DNA from: Bacteroidales bacterium | GTDB lineage: Bacteria > Bacteroidota > Bacteroidia > Bacteroidales > WCHB1-69 | Reading direction: 5' to 3' | DNA length: 64,000 nt | Assembly (NCBI GenBank): GCA_963556065.3 | Contig: CAUVYH020000001.1 | Location: 8,446 to 72,445 of the forward strand | Shown: piece after piece, positions 61,374 to 64,000 of the stretch | How positions within the stretch are numbered: position 1 is the stretch's first letter | Layout of the letters: each line of letters starts with the position of its first letter | Made by a program: the position numbers and the translations under genes | Notes under the pieces: generated by a model | What the model saw: only the letters and a program-made list of their open reading frames with translations | Databases searched by the model: none | What the model was told of the DNA's origin: nothing

Positions 61374-64000
61374 TTGAAAAAAGATTCGATACACAATTTT
61401 TTTTATATCGAACGAAAACAACGTTACGCACTAGTTCTATCGAAATTAGTGAAGTTTGTTTTAAGTTTTCTGTGTATATTTCTTGGAATAATAACTCTGG
61501 AAATGACATTCTATTTACCGGCATGGTTAAAGATTGTATTATTGAGTTTATTAATATTCGGTTCTGTTTTTTATGCTGTGTACTTTATTGTTAAAAACAA
61601 GCCTATTTACAGTTCTAAGAGTAGTTTTAAAAAGATTTTCGGTAATAGTATATCCGAGATGTTCAGAAATACTTATGAGCTGATAAAATCGCTTAAAACG
61701 GGTGATTATTCAGTTGCGTTAACCCAAAAAGCAATCGAGGAGCGTACAAATAAACTGGAAGATCATATTTCTTCCGCATCATTTAAAAAGAAAAGCGTTA
61801 AACATCGCTCTATGTTATTATTATATTTGTTGATTGGCTTTACGTTGTGTCTCATTCCTTTTGTTGTCCCAAAATATAACAATGCACTTCAGCGGGTAAT
61901 TCATGCTAATGAAACGTTTGTAAAGCCATTAAAATATAAAATAGAAATTATAAATACTGATTTTTCGGTTTACCGAAATTCCAATTATACATTAAAAGTT
62001 TCGGTAACAGGGGAGGAGCTTCCTTCCGAACTCTATATTCAGAGTGAAGGTATTCGTGAAAAATTACAGAAAAAGAGTAATACACAGTTTGAATATGAAT
62101 TTGTAAATGTTAAACAAAATACTGATTTTAAACTGGTTAATGATGAATATAATTCGCCGGAATATACATTAAAAGTAATTGATAAACCAAAAATTTTAAA
62201 CTATACATTGTGGTTAAATTACCCTCCTTATTTAGGAAAACAGAACGAAATTCTTCAAAATCAAAATAGTATTTTAGTACCCAAAGGAACTCAGGTATTG
62301 TTAAAATTGGTAACTGAAGGAACAGATCATATAAAGAGCAATTACGGTACTGTTTCATATAATAAAAAGGTAATTGAAAATCAGGTTGATTTCTCATATT
62401 ATATTATAAATCAAGATAATATAATGTTTTATGCACAGCATGATGGAATTTCTTACACGGATAGTGTTTCTATTCAGTGCAATGTTTTGGAAGATGAATA
62501 TCCGCAAATCAAACTCGATATTTCTCAGGATTCTGTTTACGACAACATCCTCTATTTCAAGGGGGAGGCTTCGGATGATTATGGCATCAGCAACATGGTT
62601 TTAAATGTAAATATTGTGGATCAGGATGGGAAAACTACAGCTAAAAAAACCAAGCTCCCCTTGCCGTTAAATCTTACTCACGTGGCCATTGACGAAATTG
62701 TCAATCTGGAAAATTATTACACCGTGATGCCTCGGAAAATCGAATTGAATGTAGAAGTCATTGATAATGATGCCATTAATAGAGGTAAAAAAACGGTTTC
62801 GGTCACCAAGGTGATTGTTTTTAAATCTGAAGAGGAGAAACAAAAGGAATTAAATACAAAGAATGATGCAAATGTGTCGAACATGAACTCGATGATTACA
62901 GAGACCAATAAAATAGACAAGGAACTCGAAAATATCAAGCGCTCGATACAAGAAACCAACAAAAAAGACTGGAGCACTCAGAAACGAATGGAAGCCCTTA
63001 AAAAGCGCATGGATGAGCTGAAACAGAAGATGGATGCATTGAATCAGCAGCTCAACCAAATGAATAATTTGGAAAAGCTTTCCGAGGAGCAGAAGGAAAA
63101 TAAGAAAAATCTTGAAAAACAGGTGAACGAGGAGCTTAAAAAGCAGCTCGAAGAGATGATGAAAGCCATGGAAGAGCTTTTAAAAAAGACAAATCCGAAC
63201 GCCATTCAAAATAAGCTGGAAGAGATTAAAAATCAAAACGAAAATCTCAAGGAGAACTTGAATAAAAACGTGGAGCAATACAAAAACATGGAGTTCGACA
63301 AGCGCTTTGAACAGTCGCTATCCAAGCTACAGGATCTCATCGACAAGCAGGAAAAGGTCAATCAGGTAGAGATTTCTCCGGTAAACAAGGATGCTGTAAA
63401 AAAAGATCAGGAGGAAATCAACAAGCAGTTTAACGATTTTCAAAAGCAGATGGATGAGTTGAGGCAATTGAACAATTCGATGGAACAACCCAATAAGCTG
63501 GAAAACACTGAAAAACAGGAACAAACAATTGACAAGCAGCTGCAAAACAGTAGCGAACAACTCAACAACGGCAAGACCAAAAAAGCCAAGGAAAGTCAGA
63601 AAAATGCCCAGCAGGGGATGAAAGAGCTAAAAGATCAACTCGAAAAGAACAAGGAAAAAATAGACGAAGAAAACCTGGCCGAAGATATCGATCAAGTCAG
63701 GGAAATCTTAGAAAACCTCATAAAGATTAGCTTTGATCAGGAAAAGATCATGAAAAAATTCACAAACATCAAGCCTTACGATCCTGCATTGCCGGATCTT
63801 ATCCGGGAGCAATCTTCGATGAAGGGCAATTTCGAAGTCATTAAGGATTCTTTAACGGCGATTGCCAAACGACAACCCGAAGTTCAATCGATGGTGTTTA
63901 AAGAGTTGAATTCTATCTTGTTGAATTTTGATAAGATTTCGGCGGCGATGTTTGATAAGAAAATAACGGATGTTGTTATATATCAGCGATATGTAATGAC
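61374..64000 (+). CDS. Large membrane-anchored coiled-coil protein (DUF4175-like), 3'-truncated by the window end
   Basis: Not in the ORF track because it has no stop in the window. Frame 3 is open from 61371 to 64000. ATG 61503 gives MTFYLPAWLKIVLLSLLIFGSVFYAVYFIV. TTG 61374 would add a first TM helix (LVKFVLSFLCIFLGIITL). A long K/E/Q-rich coiled coil runs from about 62820. The start codon is uncertain. Confidence 0.7.
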   Translation, partial: MKKDSIHNFFYIERKQRYALVLSKLVKFVLSFLCIFLGIITLEMTFYLPAWLKIVLLSLLIFGSVFYAVYFIVKNKPIYSSKSSFKKIFGNSISEMFRNTYELIKSLKTGDYSVALTQKAIEERTNKLEDHISSASFKKKSVKHRSMLLLYLLIGFTLCLIPFVVPKYNNALQRVIHANETFVKPLKYKIEIINTDFSVYRNSNYTLKVSVTGEELPSELYIQSEGIREKLQKKSNTQFEYEFVNVKQNTDFKLVNDEYNSPEYTLKVIDKPKILNYTLWLNYPPYLGKQNEILQNQNSILVPKGTQVLLKLVTEGTDHIKSNYGTVSYNKKVIENQVDFSYYIINQDNIMFYAQHDGISYTDSVSIQCNVLEDEYPQIKLDISQDSVYDNILYFKGEASDDYGISNMVLNVNIVDQDGKTTAKKTKLPLPLNLTHVAIDEIVNLENYYTVMPRKIELNVEVIDNDAINRGKKTVSVTKVIVFKSEEEKQKELNTKNDANVSNMNSMITETNKIDKELENIKRSIQETNKKDWSTQKRMEALKKRMDELKQKMDALNQQLNQMNNLEKLSEEQKENKKNLEKQVNEELKKQLEEMMKAMEELLKKTNPNAIQNKLEEIKNQNENLKENLNKNVEQYKNMEFDKRFEQSLSKLQDLIDKQEKVNQVEISPVNKDAVKKDQEEINKQFNDFQKQMDELRQLNNSMEQPNKLENTEKQEQTIDKQLQNSSEQLNNGKTKKAKESQKNAQQGMKELKDQLEKNKEKIDEENLAEDIDQVREILENLIKISFDQEKIMKKFTNIKPYDPALPDLIREQSSMKGNFEVIKDSLTAIAKRQPEVQSMVFKELNSILLNFDKISAAMFDKKITDVVIYQRYVM

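Noticed and set aside
2753-61374. N-terminal extensions in the ORF track (starts at 2753, 5622, 8118, 20138, 24365, 29493, 35695, 36249, 36946, 39184, 40505, 48453, 55480, 60165, 60565)
   Set aside because: Most of these are TTG/GTG codons upstream of an ATG that yields a proper signal peptide or family-typical N-terminus. Some would also overlap the preceding gene. The internal ATG was preferred in each case.

Overview
This is a low-GC Bacteroidota-type chromosome segment. Evidence: several proteins end in T9SS C-terminal sorting domains, there is a LytTR two-component pair, a GldD-like lipoprotein, and TTTG/TAnnTTTG-type promoters. All family calls come from motifs I recognise by eye; no searches were run.

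The flanks (1-27.9 kb and 45.8-64 kb) mostly encode secreted or surface proteins:
- T9SS cargo with delta-60/FISUMP or SBBP repeats
- ricin-lectin, WG-repeat and MORN-repeat proteins
- two OmpA-family paralogs and assorted lipoproteins
- a sigma / ZAS anti-sigma / TPR-CHAT module

Housekeeping genes are interspersed: an MFS transporter, sufBCD, tRNA-Arg(CCT), an EamA transporter, CorA, nadA and rpiB.

The centre (27,958-42,498) lies entirely on the minus strand and is visibly more GC-rich. It is a redox/fermentation supercluster organised as follows:
- a sigma-54 activator (GAF-PAS-AAA+), followed by a terminator
- operon 1: Fe-alcohol dehydrogenase, NfnA-like, NfnB/GltD-like, a divergent Rex-like regulator and a [2Fe-2S] ferredoxin, followed by a terminator
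- operon 2: [2Fe-2S] ferredoxin, a PAS-containing HydS-like sensory [FeFe]-hydrogenase, a PP2C phosphatase, a [2Fe-2S] ferredoxin, AdhE and a monomeric group-B-type [FeFe]-hydrogenase

This H2/NAD(P)H/ferredoxin-sensing circuit, wired directly to ethanol- and H2-forming enzymes, is the most interesting system in the window.

Other notable items:
- a GIY-YIG nuclease cassette bracketed by tRNA-Arg and a duplicated 3' half of that tRNA
- an 87-bp MITE-like insert with a 9-bp target duplication inside the suf operon
- two large nested palindromes in intergenic DNA
- an in-frame (CAG)7 repeat in an anti-sigma transmembrane helix
- four single-base homopolymer insertions that break three otherwise intact genes, so sequence quality must be checked before calling them pseudogenes

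The ORF track uses TTG/GTG starts. Several starts were moved to the first ATG that gives a sensible N-terminus.
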